Source: Paragordius varius (Eukaryota; Animalia; Nematomorpha). Taken from it: a stretch of 64,000 nucleotides of DNA. The notes beneath the pieces were generated by a model that made no database searches, had not been told where the DNA came from, and was given only the letters and a program-made list of their open reading frames with translations. The DNA is taken from positions 558,001 through 622,000 of the forward strand of contig OZ176051.1 in NCBI GenBank assembly GCA_964247055.1. Direction: 5' to 3'. Of this stretch, positions 10,001-24,842 are shown piece by piece (position 1 is the first letter of the stretch; each line of letters starts with the position of its first letter). The translations under genes and the position numbers were made by a program.

Positions 10001-12618
10001 AAATAGTTTGACAAATTCTTTCATATCCGATTTTTACAACGATACTTTAAAAATTAATGTATTAAACTAGTCGCATCAATACTCAACTTAAACTTTGTCC
10101 GTAAAAATCGGATATTGGTCACCGGTGAACAAAATTATTTTTTATACATTCTCTTAGCAAGACTACATCAAAATATAGAGATAGTTTGACAAACTTTTTC
10201 ATATCCGATTTTTACAACGATACTTTAAAAATTAATGTGTTAAACTAGTCGCATCAATACTCAAGTTAAACTTTGTCCTTAAAAATCGGATATTGGTCAC
10301 CGGTGAACAAAATAATTTTTTATACATTCTCTTAGTAAGACTACATCAAAATATAGCGATAGCTTGACAAACTCTTTCATATCCGATTTTTACAACGATA
10401 CTTTAAAAATTATGGTATTAAACCAGTCGCATCAATACTCAAGTTAAACTTTGTCCTTAAAAATCGGATATTGGTCACCGGTGAACAAAACAATTTTTTA
10501 TACATTCTCTTAGTAAGACTACATCAAAATATAGAAATAGTTTGACATACTCTTTCATATCCGATTTTTACAACGATACTTTAAAAATTATGGTATTAAA
10601 CCAGTCGCATCCATACTCAAGTTAAACTTTGTCTTTAAATCGGATATTGGTCACCGGTGAACAAAATTATTTTTTATACATTCTCTTAGTAAGACTACAT
10701 CAAAATATAGAGATAGTTTGACAAACTCTTTCATATCCAATTTTTACAACGATACTTTAAAAATTATGGTATTAAACCAGTCGCATCAATACTCAAGCTA
10801 AACATTGTCCTTAAAAATCGGATATTGGTCACCGGTGAACAAAACTATTTTTTATACATTCTCTTAGTAAGACTACATCAAAATATAGAGATAGTTTGAC
10901 AAACTCTTTCATATCCGATTTTTACAACGATATTTAAAAATTAATGTATAAAACTAGTCGTATCAATAGATCGCATACACACTCAAGTTAAACTTTGTCC
11001 TTAAAAATCGCATATTGGTCACCGATGAACAAAATTATTTTTTATACATTCTCTTAGTAAGACTACATCAAAATATAGAGATAGTTTGACAAACTCTTTC
11101 ATATCCGATTTTTACAACGATACTTTAAAAATTAATGTATTAAACTAGTCGCATCAATACTCAAGCTAAAACTTTGTCCTTAAAAATCGGATATTGGTCA
11201 CCGGTGAACAAAATTATTTTTTATACATTCTCTTAGTAAGACTACATCAAAATATAGAGATAGTTTGACAAACTCTTTCATATCCGATTTTTACAACGAT
11301 ACTTTAAAAATTAATGTATAAAACTAGTCGTATCAATAAATCGCATCAATACTCAAGTTAAACTTTGTCCTTAAAAATCGGATATTGGTCACCGGTGAAC
11401 AAAATTATTTTTTATACATTCTCTTAGTAAGACTACATCAAATTATAGAGATAGTTTGACAAACTCTTTCATATCCGATTTTTACAACGATACTTTAAAA
11501 ATTATGGTATTAAACCAGTCGCATCAATACTCAAGTTAAACTTTGTCCTTAAAAATCGGATATTGGTCACCGGTGAACAAAATTATTTTTTATACATTCT
11601 CTTAGTAAGACTACATCAAAATATAGAAATAGTTTGACAAACTCTTTCATATCCGATTTTTACAACGATACTTTAAAAATTATGGTATTAAACCAGTCGC
11701 ATCAATACTCAAGTTAAACTTTGTTCTTAAAAATCGGATATTGCTCACCGGTGAACAAAATTATTTTTTATACATTCTCTTAGTAAGATTACATCAAAAT
11801 ATAGAGATAGTTTGACAAACTCTTTCATATCCGATTTTTACAACGATACTTTAAAAATTAATGTATTAAACTAGTCGCATCAATACTCAACTTAAACTTT
11901 GTCCTTAAAAATCGGATATTGGTCACCGGTGAACAAAATTATTTTTTATACATTCTCTTAGCAAGAGTACATCAAAATATAGAGATAGTTTGACGAACTT
12001 TTTCATATCCGATTTTTACAACGATACTTTAAAAATTAATGTATAAAACTAGTCGTATCAATAAATCGCATCAATACTCAAGTTAAACTTTGTCCTTAAA
12101 AATCGGATATTGATCACCGGTGAACAAAATTATTTTTTATACATTCTCTTTGTAGGACTACATCAAAATATAGAGATAGTTTGGCAAACTCTTTCATATC
12201 CGATTTTTACAACGATACTTTAAAAATTAATGTATAAAACTAGTCGCATCAATACTCAAGTTAAACTTTGTCCTTAAAAATTGAATATTGGTCACCGGTG
12301 AACAAAATTATTTTTTATACATTCTCATAGTAAGACTACATCAAAATATAGAGATAGTTTGGCAAACTCTTTCATATCCGATTTTTACAACGATACTTTA
12401 AAAATTAATGTATAAAACTAGTCGCATCAATACTCAAGTTAAACTTTGTCCTTAAAAATCAGATATTGCTCACCGGTGAACAAAATTATTTTTTATACAT
12501 TCTCTTAGTAAGACTACATCAAAATATAGAAATAGTTTGACAAACTCTTTCATATCCGATTTTTACAACGATACTTTAAAAATTAATGTGTTAAACTAGT
12601 CGCATCAATACTCAAGTT
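7025..12618. repeat. 16-mer HOR, period 2885-2887 bp, two moderately diverged copies
   Basis: Shared markers: gtgctt 7034/9921, tccgtaaa 7203/10090 monomers, gacatact, caaattatag 8475/11360, ttgttctt+gctc+gattac 8831/11716, ctctttgtagg 9200/12085. Confidence 0.88.
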
Positions 12619-15600
12619 AAACTTTGTTCTTAAAAATCGAATATTGGTCACCGGTGAACAAAATTATTTTTTATACATTCTCTTAGTAAGACTACATCAA
12701 AATATAGAGATAGTTTGACAAACTCTTTCATATCCGATTTTTACAACGATACTTTAAAAATTAATGTGTTAAACTAGTCGCATCAATACTCAAGTTAAAC
12801 TTTGTCCTTAAAAATCGGATATTGGTCACCGGTGAACAAAATTATTTTTTATACATTCTCTTAGTAAGACTACATCAAAATATAGAGATAGTTTGACAAA
12901 CTCTTTCATATCCGATTTTTACAACGATACTTTAAAAATTATGGTATTAAACCAGTCGCATCAATACTCAAGTAAACTTTGTCCTTAAAAATCGGATATT
13001 GGTCACCGGTGAACAAAATTATTTTTTATACATTCTCTTAGTAAGACTACATCAAAATATAGAAATAGTTTGACAAATTCTTTCATATTCGATTTTTACA
13101 ACAATGCTTTAAAAATTAATGTATTAAACTAGTCGCATCAATACTCAACTTAAACTTTGTCCTTAAAAATCGGATATTGGTCACCGGTGAACAAAATTAT
13201 TTTTTATACATTCTCTTAGCAAGACTACATCAAAATATAGAGATAGTTTGACAAACTTTTTCATATCCGATTTTTACAACGATACTTTAAAAATTAATGT
13301 ATAAAACTAGTCGTATCAATAAATCGCATCAATACTCAAGTTAAACTTTGTCCTTAAAAATCGAATATTGGTCACCGGTGAACAAAATTATTTTTTATAC
13401 ATTCTCTTAGTAGGACTACATCAAAATATAGAGATAGTTTGGCAAACTCTTTCATATCCGATTTTTACAACGATACTTTAAAAATTAATGTATAAAACTA
13501 GTCGCATCAATACTCAAGTTAAACTTTGTCCTTAAAAATTGAATATTGGTCACCGGTGAACAAAATTATTTTTTATACATTCTCTTAGTAAGACTACATC
13601 AAAATATAGAGATAGTTTGGCAAACTCTTTCATATCCGATTTTTACAACGATACTTTAAAAATTAATGTATAAAACTAGTCGCATCAATACTCAAGTTAA
13701 ACTTTGTCCTTAAAAATCAGATATTGCTCACCGGTGAACAAAATTATTTTTTATACATTCTCTTAGTAAGACTACATCAAAATATAGAAATAGTTTGACA
13801 AACTCTTTCATATCCGATTTTTACAACGATACTTTAAAAATTAATGTGTTAAACTAGTCGCATCAATACTCAAGTTAAACTTTGTTCTTAAAAATCGAAT
13901 ATTGGTCACCGGTGAACAAAATTATTTTTTATACATTCTCTTAGTAAGACTACATCAAAATATAGAGATAGTTTGACAAACTCTTTCATATCCGATTTTT
14001 ACAACGATACTTTAAAAATTAATGTTTAAAACTAGTCGCATCAATACTCAAGCATTGTCCTTAAAAATCGGATATTGGTCACCGGTGAACAAAACTATTT
14101 TTTATACATTCTCTTAGTAAGACTACATCAAAATATAGAGATAGTTTGACAAACTCTTTCATATCCGATTTTTACAACGATATTTAAAAATTAATGTATA
14201 AAACTAGTCGTATCAATAAATCGCATACACACTCAAGTTAAACTTTGTCCTTAAAAATCGCATATTGGTCACCGATGAACAAAATTATTTTTTATACATT
14301 CTCTTAGTAAGACTACATCAAAATATAGAGATAGTTTGACAAACTCTTTCATATCCGATTTTTACAACGATACTTTAAAAATTATGGTATTAAACCAGTC
14401 GCATCCATACTCAAGTTAAACTTTGTCCTTAAATCGGATATTGGTCACCGGTGAACAAAATTATTTTTTATTCATTCTCTTAGTAAGACTACATCAAAAT
14501 ATAGAGATAGTTTGACAAACTCTTTCATATCCAATTTTTACAACGATACTTTAAAAATTATGGTATTAAACCAGTCGCATCAATACTCAAGTTAAACTTT
14601 GTCCTGAAAAATCGGATATTGGTCACCGGTGAACAAATTTAATTTATATACATTCTCTTAGTAAGACTACATCAAAATATAGAGATAGTTTGACAAACTC
14701 TTTCATATCCGATTTTTACAACGATACTTTAAAAATTAATGTGTTAAACCAGTCGCATCAATACTCAAGTTAAACTTTGTCCTGAAAAATCGGATATTGG
14801 TCACCGGTGAACAAATTTAATTTATATACATTCTCTTAGTAAGACTACATCAAAATATAGAGATAGTTTGACAAACTCTTTCATATCCGATTTTTACAAC
14901 GATACTTTAAAAATTATGGTATTAAACCAGTCGCATCAATACTCAAGTTAAACTTTGTCCTTAAAAATCGGATATTGGTCACCGGTGAACAAAATTATTT
15001 TTTATACATTCTCTTAGTAAGACTACATCAAAATATAGAAATAGTTTGACAAATTCTTTCATATCCGATTTTTACAACAATACTTTAAAAATTAATGTAT
15101 TAAACTAGTCGCATCAATACTCAACTTAAACTTTGTCCTTAAAAATCGGATATTGGTCACCGGTGAACAAAATTATTTTTTATACATTCTCTTAGTAGGA
15201 CTACATCAAAATATAGAGATAGTTTGGCAAACTCTTTCATATCCGATTTTTACAACGATACTTGAAAAATTAATGTTTAAAACTAGTCGCATCAATACTC
15301 AAGTTAAACTTTGTCCTTAAAAATCAGATATTGCTCACCGGTGAACAAAATTATTTTTTATACATTCTCTTAGTAAGACTACATCAAAATATAGAGATAG
15401 TTTGACAAACTTTTTCATATCCGATTTTTACAACGATACTTTAAAAATTAATGTATAAAACTAGTCGTATCAATAAATCGCATCACTACTCAAGTTAAAC
15501 CTTGTCCTTAAAAATCGGATATTGATCACCGGTGAACAAAATTATTTTTTATACGTTCTCTTAGTAGGACTACATCAAAATATAGAGATAGTTTGGCAAA

Positions 15601-18600
15601 CTCTTTCATATCCGATTTTTACAACGATACTTTAAAAATTAATGTATAAAACTAGTCGCATCAATACTCAAGTTAAACTTTTTCCTTAAAAATCGAATAT
15701 TGGTCACCGGTGAACAAAATTATTTTTTATACATTCTCTTAGTAGGACTACATCAAAATATAGAGATAGTTTGGCAAACTCTTTCATATCCGATTTTTAC
15801 AACGATACTTTAAAAATTAATGTATAAAACTAGTCGCATCAATACTCAAGTTAAACTTTGTCCTTAAAAATCAGATATTGCTGACAGGTGAACAAAATTA
15901 TTTTTTATACATTCTCTTAGTAAGACTATATCAAAATATAGAAATAGTTTGACAAACTCTTTCATATCCGATTTTTACAACGATACTTTAAAAATTAATG
16001 TATAAAACTAGTCGTATCAATAAATCGCATCACTACTCAAGTTAAACCTTGTCCTTAAAAATCGGATATTGATCACCGGTGAACAAAATTATTTTTTATA
16101 CGTTCTCTTAGTAGGACTACATCAAAATATAGAGATAGTTTGGCTACAACGATACTTTAAAAATTAATGTATAAAACTAGTCGCATCAATACTCAAGTTA
16201 AACTTTGTCCTTAAAAATCAGATATTGCTGACAGGTGAACAAAATTATTTTTTATACATTCTCTTAGTAAGACTATATCAAAATATAGAAATAGTTTGAC
16301 AAACTTTTTCATATCCGATTTTTACAACGATACTTTAAAAATTAATGTATAAAACTAGTCGTATCAATAAATCGCATCACTACTCAAGTTAAACCTTGTC
16401 CTTAAAAATCGGATATTGATCACCGGTGAACAAAATTATTTTTTATACATTCTCTTAGTAGGACTACATCAAAATATAGAGATAGTTTGGCAAACTCTTT
16501 CATATCCGATTTTTACAACGATACTTTAAAAATTAATGTATAAAACTAGTCGCATCAATACTCAAGTTAAACTTTGTCCTTAAAAATCAGATATTGCTGA
16601 CAGGTGAACAAAATTATTTTTTATACATTCTCTTAGTAAGACTATATCAAAATATAGAAATAGTTTGACAAACTTTTTCATATCCGATTTTTACAACGAT
16701 ACTTTAAAAATTAATGTATAAAACTAGTCGTATCAATAAATCGCATCACTACTCAAGTTAAACCTTGTCCTTAAAAATCGGATATTGATCACCGGTGAAC
16801 AAAATTATTTTTTATACGTTCTCTTAGTAGGACTACATCAAAATATAGAGATAGTTTGGCAAACTCTTTCATATCCGATTTTTACAACGATACTTTAAAA
16901 ATTAATGTATAAAACTAGTCGCATCAATACTCAAGTTAAACTTTTTCCTTAAAAATCGAATATTGGTCACCGGTGAACAAAATTATTTTTTATACATTCT
17001 CTTAGTAGGACTACATCAAAATATAGAGATAGTTTGGCAAACTCTTTCATATCCGATTTTTACAACGATACTTTAAAAATTAATGTATAAAACTAGTCGC
17101 ATCAATACTCAAGTTAAACTTTGTCCTTAAAAATCAGATATTGCTGACAGGTGAACAAAATTATTTTTTATACATTCTCTTAGTAAGACTATATCAAAAT
17201 ATAGAAATAGTTTGACAAACTCTTTCATATCCGATTTTTACAACGATACTTTAAAAATTAATGTGTTAAACTAGTCGCATCAATACTCAAGTTAAACTTT
17301 GTCCTTAAAAATCGGATATTGGTCACCGGTGAACAAAACAATTTTTTATACACTCTCTTAGTAAGACTACATCAAAATATAGCGATGGCTTGACAAACTC
17401 TTTCATATCCGATTTTTACAACGATACTTTAAAAATTATGGTATTAAACCAGTCGCATCAATACTCAAGTTAAACTTTGTCCTTAAAAATCGGATATTGG
17501 TCACCGGTGAACAAAACAATTTTTTATACATTCTCTTAGTAAGACTACATCAAAATATAGAGATAGTTTGGCAAACTCTTTCATATCCGATTTTTACAAC
17601 GATACTTTAAAAATTAATGTATAAAACTAGTCGCATCAATACTCAAGTTAAACTTTTTCCTTAAAAATCGAATATTGGTCACCGGTGAACAAAATTATTT
17701 TTTATACATTCTCTTAGTAGGACTACATCAAAATATAGAGATAGTTTGGCAAACTCTTTCATATCCGATTTTTACAACGATACTTTAAAAATTAATGTAT
17801 AAAACTAGTCGCATCAATACTCAAGTTAAACTTTGTCCTTAAAAATCAGATATTGCTGACAGGTGAACAAAATTATTTTTTATACATTCTCTTAGTAAGA
17901 CTATATCAAAATATAGAAATAGTTTGACAAACTCTTTCATATCCGATTTTTACAACGATACTTTAAAAATTAATGTGTTAAACTAGTCGCATCAATACTC
18001 AAGTTAAACTTTGTCCTTAAAAATCGGATATTGGTCACCGGTGAACAAAACAATTTTTTATACACTCTCATAGTAAGACTACATCAAAATATAGCGATGG
18101 CTTGACAAACTCTTTCATATCCGATTTTTACAACGATACTTTAAAAATTATGGTATTAAACCAGTCGCATCAATACTCAAGTTAAACTTTGTCCTTAAAA
18201 ATCGGATATTCGTCACCGGTGAACAAAATTATTTTTTATACATTCTCTTAGTAAGACTACATCAAAATATAGAGATAGTTTGACAAACTCTTTCATATCC
18301 GATTTTTACAACGATACTTTAAAAATTATGGTATTAAACCAGTCGCATCAATACTCAAGTTAAACTTTGTCCTTAAAAATCGGATATTGGTCACCGGTGA
18401 ACAAAACAATTTTTTATACATTCTCTTAGTAAGACTACATCAAAATAAAGCGATAGCTTGACAAACTCTTTCATATCCGATTTTTACAACGATACTTTAA
18501 AAATTATGGTATTAAACCAGTCGCATCAATACTCAAGTTAAACTTTGTCCTGAAAAATCGGATATTGGTCACCGGTGAACAAAATTAATTTATATACATT

Positions 18601-21600
18601 CTCTTAGTAAGACTACATCAAAATATAGAGATAGTTTGACAAACTCTTTCATATCCGATTTTTACAACGATACTTTAAAAATTAATGTTTAAAACTAGTC
18701 GCATCAATACTCAAGCTAAACATTGTCCTTAAAAATCGGATATTGGTCACCGGTGAACAAAACTATTTTTTATACATTCTCTTAGTAAGACTACATCAAA
18801 ATATAGAGATAGTTTGACAAACTCTTTCATATCCGATTTTTACAACGATACTTTAAAAATTAATGTTTAAAACTAGTCGCATCAATACTCAAGCTAAACA
18901 TTGTCCTTAAAATTCGGATATTGGTCACCGGTGAACAAAACTATTTTTTATACATTCTCTTAGTAAGACTACATCAAAATATAGAGATAGTTTGACAAAC
19001 TCTTTCATATCCGATTTTTACAACGATATTTAAAAATTAATGTATAAAACTAGTCGTATCAATAAATCGCATACACATTCAAGTTAAACTTTGTCCTTAA
19101 AAATCGCATATTGGTCACCGGTGAACAAAATAATTTTTTATACATTCTCTTAGTAAGACTACATCAAAATATAGCGATAGCTTGACAAACTCTTTCATAT
19201 CCGATTTTTACAACGATACTTTAAAAATTATGGTATTAAACCAGTCGCATCAATACTCAAGTTAAACTTTGTCCTTAAAAATCGGATATTGGTCACCGGT
19301 GAACAAAACAATTTTTTATACATTCTCTTAGTAAGACTACATCAAAATATAGAAATAGTTTGACAAACTCTTTCATATCCGATTTTTACAACGATACTTT
19401 AAAAATTATGGTATTAAACCAGTCGCATCCATACTCAAGTTAAACTTTGTCCTTAAATCGGATATTGGTCCCCGGTGAACAAAATTATTTTTTATACATT
19501 CTCTTAGTAAGACTACATCAAAATATAGAGATAGTTTGACAAACTCTTTCATATCCAATTTTTACAACGATACTTTAAAAATTATGGTATTAAACCAGTC
19601 GCATCAACTCTCAAGTTAAACTTTGTCCTGAAAAATCGGATATTGGTCACCGGTGAACAAAATTAATTTATATACATTGTCTTAGTAAGACTACATCAAA
19701 ATATAGAGATAGTTTGACAAACTCTTTCATATCCGATTTTTACAACGATACTTTAAAAATTATGGTATTAAACCAGTCGCATCAATACTCAAGTTAAACT
19801 TTGTGCTTAAAAATCGGATATTGGTCACCGGTGAACAAAATTATTTTTTATACATTCTCTAAGTAAGACTACATCAAAATATAGAAATAGTTTGACAAAT
19901 TCTTTCATATCCGATTTTTACAACGATACTTTAAAAATTAATGTATTAAACTAGTCGCATCAATACTCAACTTAAACTTTGTCCGTAAAAATCGGATATT
20001 GGTCACCGGTGAACAAAATTATTTTTTATACATTCTCTTAGCAAGACTACATCAAAATATAGAGATAGTTTGACAAACTTTTTCATATCCGATTTTTACA
20101 ACGATACTTTAAAAATTAATGTGTTAAACTAGTCGCATCAATACTCAAGTTAAACTTTGTCCTTAAAAATCGGATATTGGTCACCGGTGAACAAAATAAT
20201 TTTTTATACATTCTCTTAGTAAGACTACATCAAAATATAGCGATAGCTTGACAAACTCTTTCATATCCGATTTTTACAACGATACTTTAAAAATTATGGT
20301 ATTAAACCAGTCGCATCAATACTCAAGTTAAACTTTGTCCTTAAAAATCGGATATTGGTCACCGGTGAACAAAACAATTTTTTATACATTCTCTTAGTAA
20401 GACTACATCAAAATATAGAAATAGTTTGACATACTCTTTCATATCCGATTTTTACAACGATACTTTAAAAATTATGGTATTAAACCAGTCGCATCCATAC
20501 TCAAGTTAAACTTTGTCTTTAAATCGGATATTGGTCACCGGTGAACAAAATTATTTTTTATACATTCTCTTAGTAAGACTACATCAAAATATAGAGATAG
20601 TTTGACAAACTCTTTCATATCCAATTTTTACAACGATACTTTAAAAATTATGGTATTAAACCAGTCGCATCAATACTCAAGCTAAACATTGTCCTTAAAA
20701 ATCGGATATTGGTCACCGGTGAACAAAACTATTTTTTATACATTCTCTTAGTAAGACTACATCAAAATATAGAGATAGTTTGACAAACTCTTTCATATCC
20801 GATTTTTACAACGATATTTAAAAATTAATGTATAAAACTAGTCGTATCAATAGATCGCATACACACTCAAGTTAAACTTTGTCCTTAAAAATCGCATATT
20901 GGTCACCGATGAACAAAATTATTTTTTATACATTCTCTTAGTAAGACTACATCAAAATATAGAGATAGTTTGACAAACTCTTTCATATCCGATTTTTACA
21001 ACGATACTTTAAAAATTAATGTATTAAACTAGTCGCATCAATACTCAAGCTAAAACTTTGTCCTTAAAAATCGGATATTGGTCACCGGTGAACAAAATTA
21101 TTTTTTATACATTCTCTTAGTAAGACTACATCAAAATATAGAGATAGTTTGACAAACTCTTTCATATCCGATTTTTACAACGATACTTTAAAAATTAATG
21201 TATAAAACTAGTCGTATCAATAAATCGCATCAATACTCAAGTTAAACTTTGTCCTTAAAAATCGGATATTGGTCACCGGTGAACAAAATTATTTTTTATA
21301 CATTCTCTTAGTAAGACTACATCAAATTATAGAGATAGTTTGACAAACTCTTTCATATCCGATTTTTACAACGATACTTTAAAAATTATGGTATTAAACC
21401 AGTCGCATCAATACTCAAGTTAAACTTTGTCCTTAAAAATCGGATATTGGTCACCGGTGAACAAAATTATTTTTTATACATTCTCTTAGTAAGACTACAT
21501 CAAAATATAGAAATAGTTTGACAAACTCTTTCATATCCGATTTTTACAACGATACTTTAAAAATTATGGTATTAAACCAGTCGCATCAATACTCAAGTTA

Positions 21601-21968
21601 AACTTTGTTCTTAAAAATCGGATATTGCTCACCGGTGAACAAAATTATTTTTTATACATTCTCTTAGTAAGATTACATCAAAATATAGAGATAGTTTGAC
21701 AAACTCTTTCATATCCGATTTTTACAACGATACTTTAAAAATTAATGTATTAAACTAGTCGCATCAATACTCAACTTAAACTTTGTCCTTAAAAATCGGA
21801 TATTGGTCACCGGTGAACAAAATTATTTTTTATACATTCTCTTAGCAAGAGTACATCAAAATATAGAGATAGTTTGACGAACTTTTTCATATCCGATTTT
21901 TACAACGATACTTTAAAAATTAATGTATAAAACTAGTCGTATCAATAAATCGCATCAATACTCAAGTT

Positions 21969-24842
21969 AAACTTTGTCCTTAAAAATCGGATATTGATCA
22001 CCGGTGAACAAAATTATTTTTTATACATTCTCTTTGTAGGACTACATCAAAATATAGAGATAGTTTGGCAAACTCTTTCATATCCGATTTTTACAACGAT
22101 ACTTTAAAAATTAATGTATAAAACTAGTCGCATCAATACTCAAGTTAAACTTTGTCCTTAAAAATTGAATATTGGTCACCGGTGAACAAAATTATTTTTT
22201 ATACATTCTCTTAGTAAGACTACATCAAAATATAGAGATAGTTTGGCAAACTCTTTCATATCCGATTTTTACAACGATACTTTAAAAATTAATGTATAAA
22301 ACTAGTCGCATCAATACTCAAGTTAAACTTTGTCCTTAAAAATCAGATATTGCTCACCGGTGAACAAAATTATTTTTTATACATTCTCTTAGTAAGACTA
22401 CATCAAAATATAGAAATAGTTTGACAAACTCTTTCATATCCGATTTTTACAACGATACTTTAAAAATTAATGTGTTAAACTAGTCGCATCAATACTCAAG
22501 TTAAACTTTGTTCTTAAAAATCGAATATTGGTCACCGGTGAACAAAATTATTTTTTATACATTCTCTTAGTAAGACTACATCAAAATATAGAGATAGTTT
22601 GACAAACTCTTTCATATCCGATTTTTACAAAGATACTTTAAAAATTAATGTGTTAAACTAGTCGCATCAATACTCAAGTTAAACTTTGTCCTTAAAAATC
22701 GGATATTGGTCACCGGTGAACAAAATTATTTTTTATACATTCTCTTAGTAAGACTACATCAAAATATAGAGATAGTTTGACAAACTCTTTCATATCCGAT
22801 TTTTACAACGATACTTTAAAAATTATGGTATTAAACCAGTCGCATCAATACTCAAGTTAAACTTTGTCCTTAAAAATCGGATATTGGTCACCGGTGAACA
22901 AAATTATTTTTTATACATTCTCTTAGTAAGACTACATCAAAATATAGAAATAGTTTGACAAATTCTTTCATATTCGATTTTTACAACAATGCTTTAAAAA
23001 TTAATGTATTAAACTAGTCGCATCAATACTCAACTTAAACTTTGTCCTTAAAAATCGGATATTGGTCACCGGTGAACAAAATTATTTTTTATACATTCTC
23101 TTAGCAAGACTACATCAAAATATAGAGATAGTTTGACAAACTTTTTCATATCCGATTTTTACAACGATACTTTAAAAATTAATGTATAAAACTAGTCGTA
23201 TCAATAAATCGCATCAATACTCAAGTTAAACTTTGTCCTTAAAAATCGAATATTGGTCACCGGTGAACAAAATTATTTTTTATACATTCTCTTAGTAGGA
23301 CTACATCAAAATATAGAGATAGTTTGGCAAACTCTTTCATATCCGATTTTTACAACGATACTTTAAAAATTAATGTATAAAACTAGTCGCATCAATACTC
23401 AAGTTAAACTTTGTCCTTAAAAATTGAATATTGGTCACCGGTGAACAAAATTATTTTTTATACATTCTCTTAGTAAGACTACATCAAAATATAGAGATAG
23501 TTTGGCAAACTCTTTCATATCCGATTTTTACAACGATACTTTAAAAATTATTGTATAAAACTAGTCGCATCAATACTCAAGTTAAACTTTGTCCTTAAAA
23601 ATCAGATATTGCTCACCGGTGAACAAAATTATTTTTTATACATTCTCTTAGTAAGACTACATCAAAATATAGAAATAGTTTGACAAACTCTTTCATATCC
23701 GATTTTTACAACGATACTTTAAAAATTAATGTGTTAAACTAGTCGCATCAATACTCAAGTTAAACTTTGTTCTTAAAAATCGAATATTGGTCACCGGTGA
23801 ACAAAATTATTTTTTATACATTCTCTTAGTAAGACTACATCAAAATATAGAGATAGTTTGACAAACTCTTTCATATCCGATTTTTACAACGATACTTTAA
23901 AAATTAATGTGTTAAACTAGTCGCATCAATACTCAAGTTAAACTTTGTCCTTAAAAATCGGATATTGGTCACCGGTGAACAAAATTATTTTTTATACATT
24001 CTCTTAGTAAGACTACATCAAAATATAGAGATAGTTTGACAAACTCTTTCATATCCGATTTTTACAACGATACTTTAAAAATTATGGTATTAAACCAGTC
24101 GCATCAATACTCAAGTTAAACTTTGTCCTTAAAAATCGGATATTGGTCACCGGTGAACAAAATTATTTTTTATACATTCTCTTAGTAAGACTACATCAAA
24201 ATATAGAAATAGTTTGACAAATTCTTTCATATTCGATTTTTACAACAATGCTTTAAAAATTAATGTATTAAACTAGTCGCATCAATACTCAACTTAAACT
24301 TTGTCCTTAAAAATCGGATATTGGTCACCGGTGAACAAAATTATTTTTTATACATTCTCTTAGCAAGACTACATCAAAATATAGAGATAGTTTGACAAAC
24401 TTTTTCATATCCGATTTTTACAACGATACTTTAAAAATTAATGTATAAAACTAGTCGTATCAATAAATCGCATCAATACTCAAGTTAAACTTTGTCCTTA
24501 AAAATCGAATATTGGTCACCGGTGAACAAAATTATTTTTTATACATTCTCTTAGTAGGACTACATCAAAATATAGAGATAGTTTGGCAAACTCTTTCATA
24601 TCCGATTTTTACAACGATACTTTAAAAATTAATGTATAAAACTAGTCGCATCAATACTCAAGTTAAACTTTGTCCTTAAAAATCAGATATTGCTCACCGG
24701 TGAACAAAATTATTTTTTATACATTCTCTTAGTAAGACTACATCAAAATATAGAAATAGTTTGACAAACTCTTTCATATCCGATTTTTACAACGATACTT
24801 TAAAAATTATGGTATTAAACCAGTCGCATCAATACTCAAGTT
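21969..24842. repeat. 7-mer HOR, period 1259 bp (~2.3 copies here; ~1.6 copies in the paralogous block at 12085-14040)
   Basis: attcgat...acaatgcttt marker at 22991 and 24250 (single copy at 13106); 1259 = 6x178 + 191. Confidence 0.88.

Noticed and set aside
18200-18230. CENP-B box created by the atattcgtc variant
   Set aside because: TTCG is present, but the remaining core (A at the required position and CGGG) does not match NTTCGNNNNANNCGGGN on either strand.
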